Shown here in pieces: positions 43,309 through 50,536 of a DNA stretch of 50,536 nucleotides. Source of the stretch: Methylobacteriaceae bacterium (GTDB taxonomy: Bacteria > Pseudomonadota > Alphaproteobacteria > Rhizobiales > Beijerinckiaceae); contig JAFASC010000078.1 of NCBI GenBank assembly GCA_019244955.1, positions 1-50,536 of the forward strand. The letters are read 5' to 3'. A program made the position numbers and the translations under genes. The notes beneath the pieces were generated by a model that searched no databases, was not told the origin of the DNA, and worked only from the letters and a program-made list of their open reading frames with translations. Every line of letters starts with the position of its first letter. Positions within the stretch are counted from its first letter, which is position 1.

Positions 43309-45075
43309 GTGCAACTGCGTCATCTTGCCCAACGCGCACCTTCGGCCGGACTCCCCGAGCCGACGCGCTCAGCCGCCCCCCCGTCCGACAAACCGTCTGG
43401 ACCCGATCCGAAGTCGATCCTGAATTCCATCGGCGAAGTCATCTACGATTGGGACATCGGTAGCGACCGCCTGACCTGGGGCCCGAACGTTGCCGATGTG
43501 CTCGGTTTCGCGTCCGCAGGAGATCTCGCTACCGGTCGCAGCTATGCAAGCCTGCTCAGCGCGACGAGCAAAGACTCGCGTCAGGAGGCGATCGCGCAAT
43601 CCCAAAGTGTCGATCAGGGCAGCGGCGTGCCATATCACGTCTGTTACGCGCTCGAGGCGACAAATTCCCGCGGCCGAGGTGCACCTGTTTGGATCGAGGA
43701 TACCGGCCGATGGTTTGGCGACGCCAGCGGCAAGCCGGTGGGCGCGCATGGGCTGATCCGCGTAATCACCGCGCAGCACGAGGCCGCTGAAAAGCTGCAG
43801 GAGCGATCGCGTGTCGACCCAGCCACCGGGGCGCTCAGCCGCGCAAGTCTTACCGATCACATTGAGCAGCTTCTGGAGCGATCGAAGCAGCGCAACGAAA
43901 CTTTTGTCGTGCTTCTGGCCGCCATCGAAAACCTTTTCGCCCTCAATCGCACCTATGGGTATGACGCCGCCGATCAGGTCATCGCTGCGATCGTCGCGCG
44001 GCTGCAGGCCGAGATGCGCGGGAGCGATGTGATCGCCCGGTACAGTGGCAACAAATTTGGTCTTGTGCTCGCTGGCTGCGACGGCGAGCAGATGAAAGTG
44101 GCAGCACGGCGTTTTATCGAGACGATCGCGGCGGCGCCCTTTCAGACGGACGTCGCACCCATCCATGCCGCTTTGCGCATCGGCGGCGTGATTGCGCCAC
44201 GCCACGGCCGCTCGGCGCAGGTCTTATTTTGTCACGCCGAGGAGGCTCTCGATCTTGCGCGTCAATCCGGGGCGCGCCGCTTTGCCGAGTTCGAGCATTC
44301 CTTGTCAGCGGCGGATGCCCGATTACGCGCGTTGCGCACGGCAGACGACATTCTTGCCGGCCTCAATCAGGGCCGTGTGACGCTTGCATTTCAGCCTATC
44401 GTGCGCCTGGCCTGCGGCAGCACCGCCTTCGAAGAGGCGCTGCTGCGCCTGATCATGCCAGACGGCACGATCGCGGGCCCTTCCGCCCTGTTGCCGGTCG
44501 CGGAAAAAGCAGGGCTCATCGGGTTGCTCGATGCTCGCGTGTTCGATCTCGCCCTCGCCCGGCTCAAGGAAGACCGGGGGGTTCGGCTCTCGATCAATGT
44601 CTCGGCGGCCACGCTCCACGATCCGGATTGGCCGGAGCGCCTGCGTAATGCGGTGCGACTCGCACCGGCCGCGGCGGAGCGGCTCGTTATCGAGATCACG
44701 GAGAGCTCGGCCCTCGTCGACATCGAGGCGACCTGCGCTGCCATTGCAGCGATGAAGTCGCTTGGCATCCGCGTCGCGATGGATGACTTCGGCGCGGGGC
44801 ACACCTCGTTCAAAAATCTGCGCCGACTCGGCTTCGATCTCGTCAAGATCGACGGCGCATTCATCCAGAATCTGGCGCGATCGCCCGACGATCGCTTCTT
44901 CGTGCGCACGCTGCTCGACCTCGCCCGGCATCTCGACATCGCGACGGTGGCGGAATGGGTGGAAGAGGCGGAAACCGCGCACCTCCTCGCCGGTTGGGGA
45001 GTGGATTATGCGCAGGGCAATTTCTTCGGCGAGGCGCAGCTCGTCTCGACGGCTGCGGCATCGGCCGCCGCTTAA
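43309..45075 (+). CDS. PAS - degenerate GGDEF - EAL signalling protein (probable c-di-GMP phosphodiesterase)
   Basis: PAS-like IYDWDIGSDRLTWGPN. The GGDEF position reads SGNKF, with RGSD (RxxD) five residues upstream. EAL motifs EALLRL, INVS, IEITES, DDFGAGHTSF, KIDGAF, AEWVE, QGNFFG. GTG start as listed, uncertain. Confidence 0.85.
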   Translation: MQLRHLAQRAPSAGLPEPTRSAAPPSDKPSGPDPKSILNSIGEVIYDWDIGSDRLTWGPNVADVLGFASAGDLATGRSYASLLSATSKDSRQEAIAQSQSVDQGSGVPYHVCYALEATNSRGRGAPVWIEDTGRWFGDASGKPVGAHGLIRVITAQHEAAEKLQERSRVDPATGALSRASLTDHIEQLLERSKQRNETFVVLLAAIENLFALNRTYGYDAADQVIAAIVARLQAEMRGSDVIARYSGNKFGLVLAGCDGEQMKVAARRFIETIAAAPFQTDVAPIHAALRIGGVIAPRHGRSAQVLFCHAEEALDLARQSGARRFAEFEHSLSAADARLRALRTADDILAGLNQGRVTLAFQPIVRLACGSTAFEEALLRLIMPDGTIAGPSALLPVAEKAGLIGLLDARVFDLALARLKEDRGVRLSINVSAATLHDPDWPERLRNAVRLAPAAAERLVIEITESSALVDIEATCAAIAAMKSLGIRVAMDDFGAGHTSFKNLRRLGFDLVKIDGAFIQNLARSPDDRFFVRTLLDLARHLDIATVAEWVEEAETAHLLAGWGVDYAQGNFFGEAQLVSTAAASAAA

Positions 45076-45087
45076 TCCCGCAAAAGT

Positions 45088-45708
45088 TCAGCTTTTTTTC
45101 GCGAGACCGTCGAGGCGTTCGCGCATATCCTCGAGTTGGCGTTTCAAGTCCTCGATCTCGGACGGGCTGCTTTTCGAGCCGGCTGGGTTCGGCTCGGCGG
45201 CGGAAGACGAGCTCCCGAGCGCGAACGGATTGAACATTGCCAACGCCTGGCGGAACATCTGCATGTTCTTGCGGGTCTGATCTTCGAGCGATTGGAAAAC
45301 CTGGCGGGTCGGCTCAGCCAAAGGACCGCCGAACGCGGTGGTAATCTGGTCGCGGAACTTCTGCTGCTCGTTCGTGAGCTTATCAATCGTGAATTCGAGA
45401 TAGCTCGGCACCAGCATCTGCATGCTGTCGCCGTAAAAGCGGATCAGCTGGCGCAGAAAAGTAATCGGCAGCATGCTTTGGCCGACCTTGCTCTCCTGCT
45501 CGAAAATGATCTGGGTCAAGACCGAGCGGGTGATGTCCTCGCCTGTCTTGGCGTCCTGAACCAGGAAATCCTCGCCGCGCTTGACCATGTGGGCCAGGTC
45601 TTCGAGCGTCACGTAGGCGCTGGTCCCGGTATTATAGAGGCGCCGGTTCGCGTACTTCTTTATGGTTGTGGGCTGTGGCGTGTTTGTTGCTACCTGCTCT
45701 AGAGCCAT
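45088..45708 (-). CDS. phaR: Polyhydroxyalkanoate synthesis repressor PhaR
   Basis: IKKYANRRLYNTGTSAYVTLEDLAHMVKRGEDFLVQDAKTGEDITRSVLTQIIFEQE is the PhaR N-terminal signature. Confidence 0.9.
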   Translation of the reverse strand: MALEQVATNTPQPTTIKKYANRRLYNTGTSAYVTLEDLAHMVKRGEDFLVQDAKTGEDITRSVLTQIIFEQESKVGQSMLPITFLRQLIRFYGDSMQMLVPSYLEFTIDKLTNEQQKFRDQITTAFGGPLAEPTRQVFQSLEDQTRKNMQMFRQALAMFNPFALGSSSSAAEPNPAGSKSSPSEIEDLKRQLEDMRERLDGLAKKS

Positions 45709-45941
45709 GTCCTGCCTCGACCGATTGCGGGAGCCTCCTTCCCGCAGCTGCGAAGATAGGCATTTTATCGCGCCGCGGGAAAGACTTTTCTTGAACCCGG
45801 GCTGAGGCTTGCCGCACCTGCGTCGACCGCAACGCTGCGCCGCGTATTCGAAGATTTGCTTGACGCACCGGCTGGGGCGTTCATGTAGAGGAGAGCCAGA
45901 TACGCGGCGCGCGGCGCCCGGAAATTGCAGGGAGATTTGAG

Positions 45942-47114
45942 ATGACGGATGTGGTGATCGTTTCGGCCGCGCGCACGGCAGTCGGCTCGTTCAACGGCGC
46001 TTTCGCCAACACCCCGGCGCACGATCTCGGCGCGACCGCGATCAAGGCGGCGATCGAGCGGGCGAAGATCGATGCGGGCGCCGTCGACGAGGTCATCATG
46101 GGCCAGATCCTGACCGCCGGTCAGGGGCAAAATCCCGCGCGCCAGGCGGCAATGAAAGCCGGCGTGCCGCAGGAAAAAACCGCCTGGAACCTCAACCAGC
46201 TCTGCGGATCGGGCTTGCGTGCCGTCGCACTCGGAATGCAGCAGATCGCCAACGGCGACGCCGATATCATTGTCGCTGGCGGGCAGGAATCGATGTCGCA
46301 GGCCCCCCACGCCGCCTATCTGCGAGGCGGCAGCAAGATGGGCGACGTCAAATTCACCGACACGATGCTGAAGGACGGCCTGATCGACGCCTTCCACGGC
46401 TACCACATGGGCAACACGGCCGAAAACGTCGCCTCCAAGTGGCAGATCAATCGCGAGGAGATGGATAAATTCGCCGTCGGCTCGCAGAACAAGGCTGAGG
46501 CGGCGCAGAAGGCCGGCCGCTTCAAGGACGAGATCGTGCCGTTCACGGTGCCCGGCAAGAAGGGCGACATCGTCGTCGACCAGGATGAATATATCCGGGC
46601 CGGCGCGACCCTCGACGCGATGGCGAAACTTCGCCCGGCCTTCTCCAAGGAAGGCGGCGTCACGGCGGGCAACGCCTCAGGCATCAATGACGGCGCCGCG
46701 GCGCTGGTCCTGATGAGTGCCAAGGAAGCCGAGAAGCGCGGATTGAAACCGCTTGCCCGCATCGTCTCGTGGGCAACCGCGGGCGTCGATCCCGCCGTGA
46801 TGGGCACCGGCCCGATCCCGGCCTCGCGCAAGGCGCTCGAGAAGGCCGGCTGGAAGGTCAAGGACCTGGAACTCGTCGAAGCGAACGAGGCCTTCGCGGC
46901 GCAGGCGCTCGCCGTCAACAAGGACATGGGTTGGGATCCCGCAATCGTCAACGTCAATGGCGGCGCGATCGCCATCGGCCACCCGATCGGCGCATCCGGC
47001 GCACGCGTGCTGACAACGCTCCTGCACGAGATGCAGCGGCGCGACGCGCACAAAGGTCTCGCGACGCTGTGCATCGGCGGCGGCATGGGAATCGCGATGA
47101 CGGTCGAACGCTGA
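45942..47114 (+). CDS. phaA: Acetyl-CoA acetyltransferase (beta-ketothiolase)
   Basis: Thiolase motifs [28 protein letters not shown] and CIGGGMG. 390 aa. Confidence 0.95.
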   Translation: MTDVVIVSAARTAVGSFNGAFANTPAHDLGATAIKAAIERAKIDAGAVDEVIMGQILTAGQGQNPARQAAMKAGVPQEKTAWNLNQLCGSGLRAVALGMQQIANGDADIIVAGGQESMSQAPHAAYLRGGSKMGDVKFTDTMLKDGLIDAFHGYHMGNTAENVASKWQINREEMDKFAVGSQNKAEAAQKAGRFKDEIVPFTVPGKKGDIVVDQDEYIRAGATLDAMAKLRPAFSKEGGVTAGNASGINDGAAALVLMSAKEAEKRGLKPLARIVSWATAGVDPAVMGTGPIPASRKALEKAGWKVKDLELVEANEAFAAQALAVNKDMGWDPAIVNVNGGAIAIGHPIGASGARVLTTLLHEMQRRDAHKGLATLCIGGGMGIAMTVER

Positions 47115-47135
47115 CCGGCATTCCGCGTTAGAAAT

Positions 47136-47160
47136 CGGTGCGGTGAGCACCACCGCACCG
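47136..47160 (+). other. Intercistronic stem-loop (10-bp perfect stem CGGTGCGGTG / CACCGCACCG, 5-nt loop) between phaA and phaB
   Basis: Read directly. There is no downstream T-tract, so it is not a canonical terminator. Confidence 0.5.
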
Positions 47161-47215
47161 GCGCACTTCCGCGAAGGAAGGCGTGTTTGGGAAGAAGCAA
47201 CACAAGGGGACGGCA

Positions 47216-47941
47216 ATGGCACGCACGGCGGTGGTCACCGGCGGGTCGCGCGGAATCGGCGCGGCGATCAGCAAAGCACTCAAGCAAGCCGGCTATAATG
47301 TCGCCGCCAATTACGGCGGCAACGATGAGGCTGCCGCGAAATTCAAGCAGGAGACCGGCATTCCCGTCTTCAAGTGGGATGTGTCGGATTATGAGGCGTG
47401 CACCGATGGCCTGAAGAAGGTCGAAAGCGAGGTCGGCCCCGTCGACATCCTCGTCAACAATGCCGGCATCACCCGCGATACGATGTTCCACCGCATGAAG
47501 CCGGAGCAATGGTATCAGGTGATCAACACGAACCTGAATTCGTTGTTCAACATGTGCCGGCCAGTGATCGAGGGCATGCGCGAGCGCAGTTTCGGGCGCA
47601 TCATCAACATCTCATCGATCAATGGACAAAAGGGCCAGATGGGCCAGGCCAATTACTCGGCGGCGAAGGCCGGCGATATTGGATTCACGAAGGCGCTGGC
47701 GCAGGAGAATGCCAACAAAGGCATCACCGTCAACGTGATCGCGCCGGGCTACATCGCCACCGAAATGGTGATGGCGGTGCCGAAGGACGTGCTCGAGAAA
47801 AACATCATCCCGCAAATTCCGGTGCGCCGTCTCGGTCAGCCCGAAGAGATAGCGCGCGTCGTCGTGTTTCTGGCATCGGACGATGCCGGCTTCATCACCG
47901 GCTCGACGATCGCCGCAAACGGCGGCCAGTACATGGTGTGA
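47216..47941 (+). CDS. phaB: Acetoacetyl-CoA reductase (SDR)
   Basis: [32 protein letters not shown]. Start trimmed to the ATG at 47216. Confidence 0.9.
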   Translation: MARTAVVTGGSRGIGAAISKALKQAGYNVAANYGGNDEAAAKFKQETGIPVFKWDVSDYEACTDGLKKVESEVGPVDILVNNAGITRDTMFHRMKPEQWYQVINTNLNSLFNMCRPVIEGMRERSFGRIINISSINGQKGQMGQANYSAAKAGDIGFTKALAQENANKGITVNVIAPGYIATEMVMAVPKDVLEKNIIPQIPVRRLGQPEEIARVVVFLASDDAGFITGSTIAANGGQYMV

Positions 47942-47962
47942 CGGCAAGGCGAACGCAGTTCA

Positions 47963-48619
47963 GTGTTCGCCGGGTTTCACAACGTTCGGGCGCTCATTAA
48001 ACGTAAGCTCTCGAACATCATTCTTTCGCTGGCAGTCGCTCTGATTCTCGCGGCCGGCGCGGCACTCTCCCTCTGGTCAAACGCGACCCTGCGGGAGAGC
48101 CGCGATCTCGTCGTCCATTCGCATCAGGTCATCGAGGCGGGCAAGGACCTGCTGCTCGCACTTGATGATGCGGAGACTGGTCAGCGCGGTTATCTCATTG
48201 TCGGCGATGGAGCTTATCTGGAGCCGTATGAGAAGGGACGTAGCAAGGCCGCCGCGGCGGTGGACCGCCTGGCGCAATTGGTTCCCGACAATGTCCAGCA
48301 GCTTCGACGTGCCGCTCAAGCGCATGCGCTCGCGGCGCAGAAGCTTGAGGAGCTAGAATCTGTCATTCGTGAGAATGAGCGCAACGGATTTGCTGCCGCT
48401 CGCATGAAAGTGGCTTCAAACACCGGCAAGAACACGATGGATGCGCTGCGGCGAGTTCTCGCCGATATGCAAACCGCTGAAGAAACACTGCTCACCACTC
48501 GCGCCGCAGAAGTCAGGCGCAACGAAAGCCGTGTTCTTATCAGTGGCGCTCTGGTCGCGGCGATTTCGCTACTGACGCGATTGCTTGTATGGTTCGTCCG
48601 CCGCCGCAAGGCTGCGTGA
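47963..48619 (+). CDS. Stand-alone CHASE3 domain membrane protein (no output domain)
   Basis: TM1, then VVHSHQVIEAGKDLLLALDDAETGQRGYLIVGDGAYLEPYEKG (CHASE3 signature), coiled region, C-terminal TM2. The ORF ends right after TM2. GTG start, uncertain. Confidence 0.7.
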   Translation: MFAGFHNVRALIKRKLSNIILSLAVALILAAGAALSLWSNATLRESRDLVVHSHQVIEAGKDLLLALDDAETGQRGYLIVGDGAYLEPYEKGRSKAAAAVDRLAQLVPDNVQQLRRAAQAHALAAQKLEELESVIRENERNGFAAARMKVASNTGKNTMDALRRVLADMQTAEETLLTTRAAEVRRNESRVLISGALVAAISLLTRLLVWFVRRRKAA

Positions 48620-48622
48620 ACT

Positions 48623-49105
48623 TCAGCCGCGATGATACGGGTGACCCGACAATATCGTCGCGGCTCGATAGATTTGTTCCAGCAAGAGGACCCGGATCAA
48701 TTGGTGCGGCAACGTCATCGCGCCGAATGCGATTATGCGACGCGCGCGCTGGCGTAAGCTTTCGTCGAGACCGTCGGCGCCGCCGATCGCAAACGCCAGC
48801 GAGGGAGTGCCCTCATCGCGCAGTCTCGCGACGTCGCGCGCGAAATCTTCGCTTGTGAGGTTTGCACCTTTCTCGTCGAGCGCCCAAAGTACGGCTCCTT
48901 CGGGGAGCAGCGCCGCAAGCCGGAGCGCCTCGTCGCTCTTGCGATCATCGGCACGGCGCGCGCTGCTTTCAGCGATTTCGCGAATGTCGATCGGACCGAG
49001 CCCGATCGCTCGACCTGCGGGACCGAGCCGCTCGGCATAGCGTGCGACCAGTTGTCGTTCAGGACCGGCTTTCAGCCGACCGACGCAAAGAACCTGGACA
49101 CGCAA
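48623..49105 (-). CDS. rlmH: 23S rRNA (pseudouridine1915-N3)-methyltransferase
   Basis: 160 aa. MRVQVLCVGRLKAGPE...FAIGGADGL...LTLPHQLIRVLLLEQIYRA...HPYHR is SPOUT/RlmH-like. Confidence 0.9.
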   Translation of the reverse strand: MRVQVLCVGRLKAGPERQLVARYAERLGPAGRAIGLGPIDIREIAESSARRADDRKSDEALRLAALLPEGAVLWALDEKGANLTSEDFARDVARLRDEGTPSLAFAIGGADGLDESLRQRARRIIAFGAMTLPHQLIRVLLLEQIYRAATILSGHPYHRG

Positions 49106-49119
49106 GAATTAGAGGCGCG

Positions 49120-49581
49120 TCAGACGACGCGCCGCTCGGTCGCTCGCTCGCCCGGACGATCGCCGCCCCACATCTTCTCGAGATTGTAGAATTGACGGAC
49201 CTCGGGACGGAAGATGTGGACAATGACGTCGTTGGCGTCGACCAGCACCCAGTCACAGTGCGGCAGGCCTTCGACGCGCGGCGTTGGCAGCCCCGCTTCC
49301 TTGCACGATTTGATCACGCGATCGGCGATGGCTCCGACATGAACGTTGGAGCGACCGCTGGCGATGACCATCATGTCTGCGAGGGTGGTTTTGCCGTGCA
49401 GGTCAATGGAGACGACGTCTTCAGCTTTCGAATCGTCGAGACTGGCCAGGACATTCCGCACGAGTAATCCGGTGTCGAATCCTCTGAACTCGCCAACCGG
49501 TGGAAGGGGGACGACGCCCGCTTCGGAGAGAACCGCAGGTTCCAGTGCTTGTTTCCTCTGACGCGGGCACGGCGCCCGCAT
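49120..49581 (-). CDS. rsfS: Ribosome silencing factor RsfS (iojap-like)
   Basis: LDDSKAEDVVSIDLHGKTTLADMMVIASGRSNVHVGAIAD...DWVLVDANDVIVHIFRPEVRQFYNLEKMW. The length of the N-terminal extension, and so the start, is uncertain. Confidence 0.8.
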   Translation of the reverse strand: MRAPCPRQRKQALEPAVLSEAGVVPLPPVGEFRGFDTGLLVRNVLASLDDSKAEDVVSIDLHGKTTLADMMVIASGRSNVHVGAIADRVIKSCKEAGLPTPRVEGLPHCDWVLVDANDVIVHIFRPEVRQFYNLEKMWGGDRPGERATERRVV

Positions 49582-49645
49582 AAGCGAAGATGAGAGCGAT
49601 TCTCCTGCTTTTCAACCGTCCCGCCGTCATCACCGCAAAACGGCC

Positions 49646-50260
49646 TTAACTTTCGGGCGCCGTGTGGCCGGCCTGCCGCAACCGGGTGGACGACAGATCG
49701 ACGCGCGGGCCATGCAGAAAGACGAAAGCCGGCGGCTCGATCTCGGGCAGAAGCGCCGCCTCCTCCTCCGGAATCCGATACCCGGCCAGCCAATGAGCAG
49801 CGGGCGTGCCAAGCGTCGGCGAGGTCCGCCCCGGTCGGTCGATGATGGCAAACGGGACAAGCTCGGCAATTTCCCGCCAGCGCTGCCAGCGATGCAGCTG
49901 GCCGAGGATGTCGGCGCCCATGATCCAGACGAACCGGACGCCCGGACAGCGCCGCCGCAGGTAGGCCAGCGTATCGTGGGTGTAGCGGGTGCCGATCTCC
50001 GCCTCGAGCCCGCTCACGATGATACGGGGATCGCGCACGAGCGCCCGCGCCGCCGCGATGCGCTCCGCAAGCGGCGGCAGGGCGGCCGTTTCCTTCAGCG
50101 GGTTGCCGGGGCTGACCAGCCACCAGACCCGGTCCAGGCCGACCCGCTTCAGCGCGAGCTCGCTCGCATGGACGTGGCCGCGATGCGGCGGATTGAACGA
50201 GCCGCCGAAGAGGCCGACCCGCAAGCCATGGGAATGGGAAGGAAGACGGGCCATTGCCAA
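49646..50260 (-). CDS. nadD: Nicotinate-nucleotide adenylyltransferase
   Basis: [14 protein letters not shown] nucleotidyltransferase motif. 204 aa. Canonical nadD-rsfS-rlmH order. Confidence 0.9.
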   Translation of the reverse strand: MAMARLPSHSHGLRVGLFGGSFNPPHRGHVHASELALKRVGLDRVWWLVSPGNPLKETAALPPLAERIAAARALVRDPRIIVSGLEAEIGTRYTHDTLAYLRRRCPGVRFVWIMGADILGQLHRWQRWREIAELVPFAIIDRPGRTSPTLGTPAAHWLAGYRIPEEEAALLPEIEPPAFVFLHGPRVDLSSTRLRQAGHTAPES

Positions 50261-50455
50261 GAGTGCTCGCTCACCTGGTTTGCCGCCACTCTTTCTGCCG
50301 GGCCGGCCAAGTCAACGCCTGGAGTAGCGAGCGCCCCTGCCCTCCGCATCGATCCCTCTCCGGGCGCAGGCCCTTGGGACAGCCGGGAGGCGATTTTCGG
50401 GCGCGCGGCATCGCCGCCGCACGCCAACGCGTACGAAAGAGAGAGAAGCGAAGAG

Positions 50456-50526
50456 GACACGGGGACTTAGGGTCACCGATACCTGAAGCTTCATTGAAGA
50501 GAGCCGGTTTCCCGGGTCCCCGTGTC
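50456..50526. repeat. 11-bp perfect inverted repeat GACACGGGGAC ... GTCCCCGTGTC separated by 49 nt
   Basis: Read directly (arms at 50456-50466 and 50516-50526). Located in an apparently non-coding stretch at the window edge. Confidence 0.4.
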
Positions 50527-50536
50527 GGCGTCTTTA

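Noticed and set aside
45709-45941. PhaR operator in the phaR-phaA divergent spacer.
   Set aside because: The spacer has several TGC/GCA-rich stretches, consistent with descriptions of PhaR sites. I cannot identify a defined repeat or palindrome with confidence, so no site is annotated.
50261-50536. Expected proA (or another gene) immediately upstream of nadD, as in many genomes.
   Set aside because: Two of the three minus-strand frames hit stops within about 45 nt of the window edge. The third is open but translates to low-complexity Arg/Pro-rich sequence with no ProA-like C-terminus. No CDS is called.

Overview
GC-rich chromosomal segment with alphaproteobacterial (Hyphomicrobiales-like) gene content; the taxon is an inference from gene families, not a search. 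All family assignments come from reading motifs in the supplied translations. No database search was run.

I support about 55 protein genes and one tRNA-Arg(UCG). Left to right:
- a chemosensory operon, cheA (hybrid, 5'-truncated by the window edge)-cheW-cheY-cheB-cheR
- bfd-bfr plus a ferredoxin-reductase-type flavoprotein
- small housekeeping enzymes (GNAT, Nudix, metallophosphoesterase, P-loop protein)
- a DAACS symporter followed by an orphan periplasmic binding protein
- a TetR regulator and a tail-anchored hypothetical
- an envelope cluster (Tim44-like, DUF2852-like, small membrane protein)
- a cNMP-binding TrxR-like flavoprotein coupled to a ZnF-UBP protein
- an extensin-like lipoprotein
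- two divergent liv-type ABC importer operons flanking a USP-MFS pair, the second running into a type I Baeyer-Villiger monooxygenase
- a CDGSH protein
- an aminotransferase divergent from a PurD-paralog ATP-grasp ligase, a SAM methyltransferase and an orphan secreted protein
- NMO, a 2-hydroxyacid dehydrogenase and an M20 peptidase
- tRNA-Arg, a YafK-like L,D-transpeptidase and a PAS-GGDEF(degenerate)-EAL protein
- phaR / phaA-phaB, a stand-alone CHASE3 protein, and rlmH-rsfS-nadD

I see no rRNA, CRISPR array, transposase, integrase, phage genes or recognisable defence system.

The best candidates for uncharacterised biology are:
- the cNMP-TrxR-like (CxxC-less) / ZnF-UBP coupled pair
- the PurD-paralog + methyltransferase (+ aminotransferase, secreted protein) module
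- the DAACS symporter + orphan SBP pair
- several conspicuous AT-rich operator-like repeats and two sub-60-aa hydrophobic ORFs that the ORF track cannot show

None of these is demonstrated here. All need comparative or experimental checks.
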